From Candidatus Heimdallarchaeota archaeon (lineage in GTDB: Archaea; Asgardarchaeota; Heimdallarchaeia; Heimdallarchaeales; Heimdallarchaeaceae), in contig DAOVER010000046.1 of the NCBI GenBank assembly GCA_030668875.1, positions 1 through 22,414 on the forward strand: a DNA stretch of 22,414 nt, in the 5' to 3' direction. Below are positions 8,677 through 16,723 of this stretch, piece after piece. Numbering within the stretch: position 1 is the stretch's first letter; each line of letters starts with the position of its first letter. A model generated the notes under the pieces. The model did not search any database, was not told the DNA's origin, and saw only the letters and a list, made by a program, of their open reading frames with translations. A program made the translations under genes and the position numbers.

Positions 8677-9645
8677 TTGCTAGCAGTTGAAACCTATAAT
8701 CTTACCAAAATGTTTCATAAACTAAAAGCTGTTGATGAACTCAATTTAGAGATCAAAGAAGCAGAGATTTACAGCCTTTTAGGACCTAACGGTGCTGGAA
8801 AAACAACAACGGTTCGATTACTCACAGGTCTTTTGCGACCAACCCAAGGAGGAGCAAGAGTATTAGGTTTAGATATTTCAAATGACCTTCAAGAAATAAG
8901 AAGTCGAGTAGGTCATCTCACTGAAACACCAGCACTTTATGAACGTTTAACTGTTAGACAGAATCTAGATTTTTTTGCTAAACTTTACGAAGTTCCAGAA
9001 ACTGAAATCAAACCAAGAATAGAAGAAATTGTTGACTTGTTTGAGTTACCTGAGAAGTTAGATGAACCTGCAGGAACATTATCAAAGGGTATGAAGCAAA
9101 AAGTTGCTATAGCACGTGCAATGTTTCATAAACCTGAGCTAATTTTTCTAGATGAACCTACAGCTTCTTTATCTCCTGAATCAGCAAAAGTAGTCAGAGA
9201 ACAGATTGTGAAACTAGCAAAGAAAGAGAGGAGAACCTTTTTCATATGTACTCATAATTTGTTTGAAGCAGAGAGACTGTCTTCGAGAGTGGGCATAATT
9301 AATCATGGAAAACTAGTAGCTCAAGGATCTCCCGCAGAACTACGAGAAATGCGAAAAGATGAAACAGTAACAATTTTTAGATTTTCAACTTGGAAGAGCA
9401 ACACAAAAGAATTTTTTGAAGATAAAAAAATTGAAATTGTTGAACATAACCAAGACCAAAAGTATGTTTCAGCTATCATCAAAGATATCGAGAAACAAAC
9501 CCCTAGTATCATTAGTTCATTAGCTAAGAACAACTTCCAACTAGTTGAAGTAAAGCACGAATTTCCAACATTGGAAAGAATATATTTAGAACTGGTGGAA
9601 TTAGAAGGGGTTCCTCGAGAAGAAAATAACATGGAGGATAGCTAG
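8677..9645 (+). CDS. ABC transporter ATP-binding protein (ABC-2 / DrrA-NatA-like exporter)
   Basis: TTG start with AGGGGT SD-like motif upstream. Walker A GPNGAGKTT, signature LSKGMKQK, Walker B FLDEPT, H-loop CTH, plus a C-terminal extension. Confidence 0.95.
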   Translation: MLAVETYNLTKMFHKLKAVDELNLEIKEAEIYSLLGPNGAGKTTTVRLLTGLLRPTQGGARVLGLDISNDLQEIRSRVGHLTETPALYERLTVRQNLDFFAKLYEVPETEIKPRIEEIVDLFELPEKLDEPAGTLSKGMKQKVAIARAMFHKPELIFLDEPTASLSPESAKVVREQIVKLAKKERRTFFICTHNLFEAERLSSRVGIINHGKLVAQGSPAELREMRKDETVTIFRFSTWKSNTKEFFEDKKIEIVEHNQDQKYVSAIIKDIEKQTPSIISSLAKNNFQLVEVKHEFPTLERIYLELVELEGVPREENNMEDS

Positions 9646-10467
9646 ATGGATTGGGGAAGAGTAAAAGCTTTGGTGAAAAAAGATCTTCGCGAGATGTTCA
9701 AATCAAAATATATTTTGTCAGCAGTTATTGGTATGCCAATTCTGTTTGCGATATTAATTCCCCTGAGTACATTATATCCCATGGTTGTTATCGATCCAAG
9801 TGAATTTGAAGGAGAAGAAGAATTACCTGCTTCTTTCTCTAATTTGATGTCACTAATAGTTCCAAATTGGGATGATGCAGGAGCTCAAGGTCAATTATTA
9901 ATACTAACGGCTTACATCATGTACATTATGGTTCTTCTTATACCTATTATTTTACCAGCTGTTACAGCTTCTGAAACGATTGTAGGAGAGAAAGAAAGAA
10001 AAACAATGGAAGCTTTGTTAGTTTCACCTTTATCTGAAACAGAATTGGTAACAGGAAAGATACTATCTTCCTTCCTTCCTTCAGTTATAGGAACTGCTTT
10101 TGCAGCACTTACTTATGGTATAATTACAAACATCACGATCTATCCATATATTAATTCACTTCTATTTCTTGATGTATTATCAATAGTTTTTCTATTTGTA
10201 ATTGCACCTCTATTGTCAATCTTATCGGTAGAACTGATGATATTGATTTCAACAAGAGTAACAAGTGTAAGAGATGCATATCAGCTAGGTTCGTTAGTGG
10301 TTTTACCTTTAATCATGATAGTAATCGGACTAGTTGTAAGTTACTTATTCATCTCAATATTGGCATTGATAGCTAGTGTAGCAATATTACTTACATTGTG
10401 TGCAATATTTTTCAAAATAGCTACAAATGTGTTTGATAGAGAAAGAGCAATTGTGAAACTAGTTTAG
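9646..10467 (+). CDS. ABC-2 type transporter permease
   Basis: ATG directly follows the ATPase stop (TAG-ATG). About six hydrophobic helices and the GEKERKTMEALLVSPLS motif typical of NatB-like ABC-2 permeases. Confidence 0.93.
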   Translation: MDWGRVKALVKKDLREMFKSKYILSAVIGMPILFAILIPLSTLYPMVVIDPSEFEGEEELPASFSNLMSLIVPNWDDAGAQGQLLILTAYIMYIMVLLIPIILPAVTASETIVGEKERKTMEALLVSPLSETELVTGKILSSFLPSVIGTAFAALTYGIITNITIYPYINSLLFLDVLSIVFLFVIAPLLSILSVELMILISTRVTSVRDAYQLGSLVVLPLIMIVIGLVVSYLFISILALIASVAILLTLCAIFFKIATNVFDRERAIVKLV

Positions 10468-10478
10468 TTTCACCTTAA

Positions 10479-10979
10479 TTACCATTTTTCGTAATGTATT
10501 TTATTTTCATCGAATCTTTCCGAAGGAGGTTTTTCCTCATCTGGGTATCCTATAGCAATTAGAGAGACAGGCATAATTTCTTTAGGTAACTCAAGAAGTT
10601 CTTGCATTTGAGAGTATCTCTCTTTGTTTGGATAAAGACCACACCATACACTTCCCAGTTCCATTGAATGAGCTGCAAGAAGTATATTCTGAGTTGCAGC
10701 TGCACAATCTTGAACCCAGAAACCTTTTTCAAAAGATTTTGTTGTATTTCCACAAACTACTATAGCTAGATTAGCTGTGGAGAGCATTTTACTATATTTA
10801 TGAAATTCTGGTATTTTGTCCATAGTTTCTCTGTTTTTAATAATAATAAATTCCCATGGTTGTCTGTTACCAGCTGACGGAGCACTCATAGCTGCTTTCA
10901 ATAAAGAAGTTATCTGCTCTTCTGTTACTTCCTGATCAGTAAATCTCCTAATACTTCTACGTGATAATATATTTTCCAT
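10479..10979 (-). CDS. Nitroreductase family protein (FMN-binding), 166 aa
   Basis: Start revised to the ATG at 10979 (MENILSRRSIRRF), with AGGTAAT upstream. Motifs RRSIRRF, AAMSAPSAGNRQPW, QDCAAATQNILLAAHSMELGSVW and IAIGYP. Confidence 0.95.
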   Translation of the reverse strand: MENILSRRSIRRFTDQEVTEEQITSLLKAAMSAPSAGNRQPWEFIIIKNRETMDKIPEFHKYSKMLSTANLAIVVCGNTTKSFEKGFWVQDCAAATQNILLAAHSMELGSVWCGLYPNKERYSQMQELLELPKEIMPVSLIAIGYPDEEKPPSERFDENKIHYEKW

Positions 10980-11102
10980 GTGATTACCTAAGTGTAAGCA
11001 TAATTTTTCACCCTTAAATTTATTGGATAAATCGAGAACATCTTTTCTTATTAACAATTTGTCTAGCAAAAAATACAAAAATGATATCGTAATTTGAAGA
11101 GT

Positions 11103-12035
11103 ATGGAGATTGGTCTTTCAATTCCAATAAAGATGTCAGCTGATGAAAAAGAGCAATATATCTATAAGGCTCAATCTATTGGAGTAAACAACATATGGAT
11201 TGGAGACAATCCACCGATAAACAACGCATTTTTAGATATTGGTAGATTAGTCTCAAAAACTGAAACTATGAATTTTTGGACAGGGGTTACATCTCCATTC
11301 TATTACAGCCTTGAAGTTTTATTTTCACTAAGTGTCTGGTTCGCAAAAAACTATCCAAATAGATTTGGTTTAGGTTTGGGTATTGGTAATGTCAATATTA
11401 TTGAAAATATGGCACTCAAGGACAAACCTTTTTCTAGTTTCAAAATGGAAATTGAGAAACTGAATGACATAATAAAAATTCGAAAGAAACAAACTGGTGA
11501 AGATGACTTCCCACAACTTGCGATAGGGGGATTAGGAAATAAGATGATAAGTTTAGCAACAAAAAATGCAGATTATCTCTTACTTAACAGTGTTTCAGAT
11601 TTTGATATTGAAAGAGCTGTAAAAATGGTGAACAGATCAGCAAGTGTTGATGGAAGAGAAATCAAAATAATCCCATATGGAATGATGCAAATTGTTTCAA
11701 ATAAACAAGATATATCTCTGACAATGTGGAATATTGCAAAAGACATAGCTAAAGGATGCTCTACAAGCATTTTGCGTTCCCATGGTTATACCGCTAAAAA
11801 AATTGAACAGATAAGAAGACTTAGCTGGGAAAGATACAATAAGGTACCTCAAGGAGAAATTATTGAAATCGTAAACGATTTTTGTTTCTGTGGTTCTCTA
11901 GAAGATATTAAGGGGCGTTTAAAGAAAATCAAAAAATACAACGATAGTAGTTTATTTCAACAAATTGTTTTTGGTTGGATGCACAACGAAGATCAATGGG
12001 ACGATATTAAGGATCTTGTCAAATTTACTCATTGA
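11103..12035 (+). CDS. Luciferase-like (LLM class) flavin- or F420-dependent oxidoreductase, divergent Mer-like
   Basis: ATG at 11103 (MEIGLSIP; TTG at 11094 is an alternative). Segments GVNNIWIGD, TGVTSPF, NRFGLGLGIG, IGGLGNKMISLATKNADYLLLN and FCFCGSLEDI parallel the LLM TIM-barrel pattern. Confidence 0.75.
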   Translation: MEIGLSIPIKMSADEKEQYIYKAQSIGVNNIWIGDNPPINNAFLDIGRLVSKTETMNFWTGVTSPFYYSLEVLFSLSVWFAKNYPNRFGLGLGIGNVNIIENMALKDKPFSSFKMEIEKLNDIIKIRKKQTGEDDFPQLAIGGLGNKMISLATKNADYLLLNSVSDFDIERAVKMVNRSASVDGREIKIIPYGMMQIVSNKQDISLTMWNIAKDIAKGCSTSILRSHGYTAKKIEQIRRLSWERYNKVPQGEIIEIVNDFCFCGSLEDIKGRLKKIKKYNDSSLFQQIVFGWMHNEDQWDDIKDLVKFTH

Positions 12036-12857
12036 TTATATCTTTTTAGAGAGATAATCAAACAGAGATTTCAAATCTCCCCAAACAATTGAAGGCTGAA
12101 CATCTGACAGATTTAATTCAGTTTCTGATGTTTCACCAGTTAATACTAAAGAACTCTTAACTCCGGCTTCATGTGCCATTCTAATATCCGTTTTTAACCT
12201 ATCTCCCACAACTAAGACTTCATTTTTTTGGACATTTTTACCATTTAGACTTAATTCAAGCATCATCTTATTTGGTTTGCCTAGAGTTTTGTCAGGTATC
12301 CTACCAGTTGCTTGCTCAAACATCTTCAAAAACGAACCTACATCAGGTATTCTTCCTCCATCGATTGGGCATGTGTCATCAGAGTGTGTAGCAAAAAATG
12401 GTATACGTTCTTCTCTTTGCAAGTATAATGCAGCTGATTCTATTTTCTTGTATGTTAATGTTCTATCAAATCCTAAAACAATCGCCTGGGGATTGACATC
12501 ATTGAAGGATACACCTTTTTCTTCAAACTCTTTTACCATAGACGGTGTGCCTACAATATAACATTGGGATATATTTTCATTGATCAAAAAATCAATTGTC
12601 CCTTGAATTGATGTATAAATATTTCTCAGAGGTAAATTTACATCTAATACTTCCTCTAATCTTTCCTTATTCTCAAAAGTTGAGTAGGAGGAATTATTGG
12701 ATAAAATGACGAAATCAGTTTTCGTTCTTTGTAACAGTTTGATAATTTCAGTTGCATAGAGTAATGGTTTGTTCCCAAGTATCAACGTTCCATCAACATC
12801 AAAAACGAAGAGTTTAATTCCATCTAGTATATTATCCAAATCTGTTTCCTCTTTCAT
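12036..12857 (-). CDS. HAD-IIA family phosphatase (NagD / phosphoglycolate-phosphatase-like), 273 aa
   Basis: Start revised to the ATG at 12857, one nucleotide after the upstream stop. Motif I FDVDGTL, motif II LSNN, motif III GKP, motif IV GDRLKTD; cap-domain segments VLGFD and IDGGRIPDVGS. Confidence 0.95.
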   Translation of the reverse strand: MKEETDLDNILDGIKLFVFDVDGTLILGNKPLLYATEIIKLLQRTKTDFVILSNNSSYSTFENKERLEEVLDVNLPLRNIYTSIQGTIDFLINENISQCYIVGTPSMVKEFEEKGVSFNDVNPQAIVLGFDRTLTYKKIESAALYLQREERIPFFATHSDDTCPIDGGRIPDVGSFLKMFEQATGRIPDKTLGKPNKMMLELSLNGKNVQKNEVLVVGDRLKTDIRMAHEAGVKSSLVLTGETSETELNLSDVQPSIVWGDLKSLFDYLSKKI

Positions 12858-12858
12858 A

Positions 12859-14484
12859 TTAATTTGGAGGTTCCGGAATTTGGTCAGCATCTGGAAATTC
12901 TTGAATCTCAGTTTTAGCTTCTGTTTCAGGTTTCTTTTTAGTTCCCGCTGCTTTCTCTTTATCTGGTTTTGCACCCTTCTCTTTTGAGAAAAGATTCTTA
13001 AAGAAGTGTACAACTGCTAGAGATGCTTTAACTATTGCTTCCCATATTTTCTTTAGTACTAGCAAAATCTTTTCCCAAAGACGTTTGAACCAGCTACCTA
13101 TTCGTTCAAGAATCTTAGGTTCAACTTTGGTTTCAGGCTCTTTTTGAGTTTCTGTTGCTTCTTCCTTATCAGGTTTAGCTTCCTTATCTTTTGAAAAAAG
13201 GTTCTTAAAGAAGTGTACAACTGCTAGAGATGCTTTAACTATTGCTTTCCATATTTTCTTTAATACTGGTGAAATCTTTTCCCAAAGACGTTTGAACCAA
13301 CTACCCGTTCGTTCAAGAATCTCTGCTATTTTTAGTGTCTTAAATCTGTCTCCTAAATCTTCGAAAAATGGAGTGTTCTCAATCTCGTCTATTTTTGTAA
13401 GAAGAACTTCTATATGTTCAGTTGTTAGATCTTGACCTAGAGGCATTTTCAATTTCTGAAGAGGACTTAATTCAAAAACTGGAAGGTTTCCTTCAAGAGC
13501 TACTAATTTGAATGTTCCTTTCTTCTTAATTTTAAGTATTGAAATAACCTCATAAATCTCCTCACCATCAGATTGGGCTATTTCCCTAATACCATTGATC
13601 CTATCAATTTGAGAACCTAGTAAAACAGTCTTACTTGTAAGAGTAGTTCGAATTTCAATTAATCCTATTTTGTTTATTTCGAATTGTTGTTGCAAGTTCT
13701 TGAATTTTGTAGAAAATTCTTTTGATATGCCTTTTCTTGGTAAATTAACTCTGAGACGATTGATTTCTTCAAGTTTTTCAGCAGCAGTACTAACGAATTG
13801 ATCACCTTTAAGTATAAGTTCACTGGATTGATTAATCTCAATTTCATTGACAATTACATTTCCTTCTTCAATCAGTTTTTCTGCTTCTTCAGATAATAAT
13901 TGCATCCTACAAGTTCTAAGTATAAGATCATACTCAACTAATTCATCTTCTACTTCAGCAATTTGATCTCTAAGATACCCATAAAATTCTGTTACATCAA
14001 ATGAACCTGAAGAAAGTTTAGCATATTCATCTCCTAGGGACTCTAATTTTCCAATAATAGCAGAGATTGTGTCACCATAGACTTGACTTTTTGCCAAAAC
14101 TTCATCAAATGAAAGATCTTGTAGAAAAGAGAGTTTACGTTTGATTTCATCTTTTAAACGAGGAATCATTTCTTCAATATACTTCTTCCTCTTTGACATG
14201 AGAATTGTATCTAATCGTTGGGAATCTTTCAGTAAACGGTTTTGAGCCTCAGTAAGTTTATTGTAAAGATTGTACACAAATTCGTTAAGTAAATAATCAT
14301 TAACATATTTGTTAACCAGTTTATCTGCTTCTTTCTCCAGAGGAGTAATAGAAGCTTGTTGATCATGAATTTTTAAATATTGGTTGTTCATTTCTTCAAA
14401 AGTAAATCTTGAACTATCGCTATAAATTTCATTTGTTGTTTGAATGTCCAAATTAATTATACGCAATAATTTATCAGAAGCCAT
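12859..14484 (-). CDS. Hypothetical alpha-helical protein (541 aa from ATG 14484) with C-terminal tandem amphipathic-helix repeats
   Basis: Long open frame in the same orientation as the flanking genes. ATG at 14484 (MASDKLL) preferred over TTG at 14550. Helical/coiled-coil composition; no family recognised. Confidence 0.88.
   Translation of the reverse strand: MASDKLLRIINLDIQTTNEIYSDSSRFTFEEMNNQYLKIHDQQASITPLEKEADKLVNKYVNDYLLNEFVYNLYNKLTEAQNRLLKDSQRLDTILMSKRKKYIEEMIPRLKDEIKRKLSFLQDLSFDEVLAKSQVYGDTISAIIGKLESLGDEYAKLSSGSFDVTEFYGYLRDQIAEVEDELVEYDLILRTCRMQLLSEEAEKLIEEGNVIVNEIEINQSSELILKGDQFVSTAAEKLEEINRLRVNLPRKGISKEFSTKFKNLQQQFEINKIGLIEIRTTLTSKTVLLGSQIDRINGIREIAQSDGEEIYEVISILKIKKKGTFKLVALEGNLPVFELSPLQKLKMPLGQDLTTEHIEVLLTKIDEIENTPFFEDLGDRFKTLKIAEILERTGSWFKRLWEKISPVLKKIWKAIVKASLAVVHFFKNLFSKDKEAKPDKEEATETQKEPETKVEPKILERIGSWFKRLWEKILLVLKKIWEAIVKASLAVVHFFKNLFSKEKGAKPDKEKAAGTKKKPETEAKTEIQEFPDADQIPEPPN
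12907..13320 (-). repeat. Intragenic tandem repeat, 2 x 207 nt (2 x 69 aa)
   Basis: For example ttcttaaagaagtgtacaactgctagagatgctttaactattgctt occurs at 12995 and 13202 (offset 207). Units read ILERTGSWFKRLWEKISPVLKKIWKAIVKASLAVVHFFKNLFSK... and ILERIGSWFKRLWEKILLVLKKIWEAIVKASLAVVHFFKNLFSK... Confidence 0.97.
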
Positions 14485-14588
14485 TTTAATCTCTTTTAAC
14501 TTCTTAGGTAAAGGACGTAGAGTTCCAGGTATCATTACACTTACAGACAATCTTATTATTGAAAAATCTTACGCAAGTGATAGGTATT

Positions 14589-16721
14589 TTATTCCTCTGC
14601 TTCTAATTCTAATTCTGTTGGTGAAGAAGAATACTCAGCAATGCTTCCAGTTTTAGTAGATTTTATTGATATTGATGGAACTCTATAGTTTTTTCGTATA
14701 TTTGTGTGGGTTATCAAGAAGATTTGTGAAAATTTATCTTCAGCAACTAGACCTTCAATTACTTCATTTCTTCGTGCTTCATCTAGAGAACTCAATGGTT
14801 CGTCAAGTATCAAAATGTCCATTTTGGGTGGTTGATAAGGAGAGTTCTTTAGAGGTCGCAGACGCTTGAGTAATTCGCTTAGCCCTATTCTTAAGCCTAA
14901 ACCAATAGCTGCTTTATCTCCACCAGAGAGTAAGTTTTGACTTTTAACAAATCCTGATTGCTCATCTTTTATACTCATGTGTAGAGTTTTTGTTCGAGTA
15001 GGTTGAAGATATAGTTCAGAATATTTACCTCTAGTGAAATTGTAAATATATTTACTCGTAGCATGTTGAATATTCGCTAGCATTCTATTAGAGATAATAT
15101 CTTCTGCTATGAACTTTTCCACATAATTTTGAGCTTCTCGTAATAGAGAGAGTTGATAATCTAACCTTTCTATTTCTTTCTCTTTTTTCTTATTATCTTC
15201 AATTTGTTCTTCTAAATCATCAATATGTTCATGCCTTTCCTTAATGGAATTTAACTGGTGTTTCTTCTCTTGTTCTTTCTTGTTTAAATCTCGCTCTAAA
15301 GCTTGAACATGGCCAAATAACTCTTCAAAACTTGATAGGTCGTATTTAATTGCAAGCTCCTCTAAACTTTTTGCATTAAAAGCTACTAAGGAATCTTTCA
15401 TTTCCTTGGCAATTTTATCTTTCATATTCTCCAGTTCAGTTATTTCGTGCATATCTTCAGAAAGATTCTCTAATTCCTTTTTATCCCTAAGTTTTGATTG
15501 ATATTCATTCATTAGTAGTTGGATTTCGGATTCATGTTTTGAGCGATTTTCATTTTTTTTCTCGATTCCTTTGGTTAAAATAGGTATGTTTTTTCTAGAT
15601 AGTTCTAGCAATTCTTCTAGCTTAGTTTCATCTATCTCTTGGTCACAAACTTCACATTGAGCTTTTTCACCTTCATCAATAGAAATCCCCTCTAGACTTT
15701 TCTTGCGATTTGTAAATGTTTTAAAATCTCGCTCTAAACCCGCCTTTTCTTTGATTATCTGCTCAACTACTTTTCGTTCTTCTTTTTGCTTTTTCTCTAA
15801 CTCAGACATGGTTTTGTTGAACTCTCTAATCTTTGATTCAAGTTCCTTCTCTGAGAAGGGATAACTAAGACCATTCTTCCCAGCTAGTGTTATTAGTTTC
15901 TGTGTTTTTCGATCAATGTTGACATTCTGTGTATCAATTCTTTGAGTTAAACCGTTTAATTCCTGTAAATCTTTTACTGCTGGAAATTGGTTAGAAGATA
16001 TAGTTACGGTTTTAATTTCCCCTTCTAAGTTTTTTATAAAATTCTTAATTTCATCTATTCTATCTTTAGTTTCTGTTATTTCAGATGAGATGTTTTCAGT
16101 TGTTCTATAAATAGCATTTTTCTCTTTTTCTTCATCGAGCAATAGTTTCTTACCTTTGACAATCTCAATTGCTTTGTCTCTATAGTTTTCTAATTGGAAA
16201 AGCTCATAAATAATATCACGTAACTCTGCTCCTTTAGCTTCAGCAAGAGCTTGAACTAAACCTTGCCTAACAATGAGAGTGTTCAGAGCTTTGTCTCTAG
16301 TAATGTTGAATAAGCTATTTATTTTGACCTCAACGTCAGGCACACCTTCACTAATTTTCTTGATTATCTTGGTTTTACCTTCTAATGCAGCTTCCTTTTC
16401 TATTTCCATTAGATAAGCTTGTACTGAGGTCTTTCTACTATGTTTTCTTTGAATACGGTAGTACTTGTTATCAACCTCAAAAACTACTGAAACCTCAGTC
16501 TCTGACTTTCCTCTCTTTATCAGGTCTTCTTTTGTTCCTAGTTCTTTTGCTGATGTTGGATCATAGAAGAACGCATAAAATATCGCATCAAACAAGCTTG
16601 ATTTACCAACCGAATTACCTCCTTCAACGAAAAACAAACCATCAGGAAATATACCGTCTTTTGGAAGTTGAATCTCATTAAAACATTTGAAATTTTCAGC
16701 ATAAATCCATAATATCTTCAA
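14589..16721 (-). CDS. rad50: DNA double-strand break repair ATPase Rad50 (SMC-like), short form, 710 aa
   Basis: TTG start with AGGAGGT SD inside the mre11 3' end. Walker A GGNSVGKSS, Q-loop VRQG, central zinc hook CEVC (C356/C359), signature LSGGD, Walker B ILILDEP, H-loop ITH, coiled coils on both sides of the hook. Confidence 0.95.
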   Translation of the reverse strand: MKILWIYAENFKCFNEIQLPKDGIFPDGLFFVEGGNSVGKSSLFDAIFYAFFYDPTSAKELGTKEDLIKRGKSETEVSVVFEVDNKYYRIQRKHSRKTSVQAYLMEIEKEAALEGKTKIIKKISEGVPDVEVKINSLFNITRDKALNTLIVRQGLVQALAEAKGAELRDIIYELFQLENYRDKAIEIVKGKKLLLDEEKEKNAIYRTTENISSEITETKDRIDEIKNFIKNLEGEIKTVTISSNQFPAVKDLQELNGLTQRIDTQNVNIDRKTQKLITLAGKNGLSYPFSEKELESKIREFNKTMSELEKKQKEERKVVEQIIKEKAGLERDFKTFTNRKKSLEGISIDEGEKAQCEVCDQEIDETKLEELLELSRKNIPILTKGIEKKNENRSKHESEIQLLMNEYQSKLRDKKELENLSEDMHEITELENMKDKIAKEMKDSLVAFNAKSLEELAIKYDLSSFEELFGHVQALERDLNKKEQEKKHQLNSIKERHEHIDDLEEQIEDNKKKEKEIERLDYQLSLLREAQNYVEKFIAEDIISNRMLANIQHATSKYIYNFTRGKYSELYLQPTRTKTLHMSIKDEQSGFVKSQNLLSGGDKAAIGLGLRIGLSELLKRLRPLKNSPYQPPKMDILILDEPLSSLDEARRNEVIEGLVAEDKFSQIFLITHTNIRKNYRVPSISIKSTKTGSIAEYSSSPTELELEAEE

Positions 16722-16723
16722 AT

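Noticed and set aside
10980-11078. 33-aa N-terminal extension of the nitroreductase ORF
   Set aside because: Family similarity starts at MENILSRRSIR, an SD-like motif precedes 10979, and the extension runs through the divergent promoter region.
12858-13013. 52-aa basic N-terminal extension of the HAD ORF in the ORF track
   Set aside because: It overlaps the repeat region of the upstream gene in another frame. The ATG at 12857 follows the upstream stop directly and gives a normal HAD-IIA length.
12907-13320. 207-nt repeats considered as a CRISPR array or mobile-element ends
   Set aside because: The units are adjacent, in frame, a multiple of three in length and protein-coding, with no spacers.
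15286-15738. 15-bp direct repeat aaatctcgctctaaa at 15286 and 15724 inside rad50
   Set aside because: Both copies encode LERD in the coiled coil; this is consistent with amino-acid reuse and there is no array structure.
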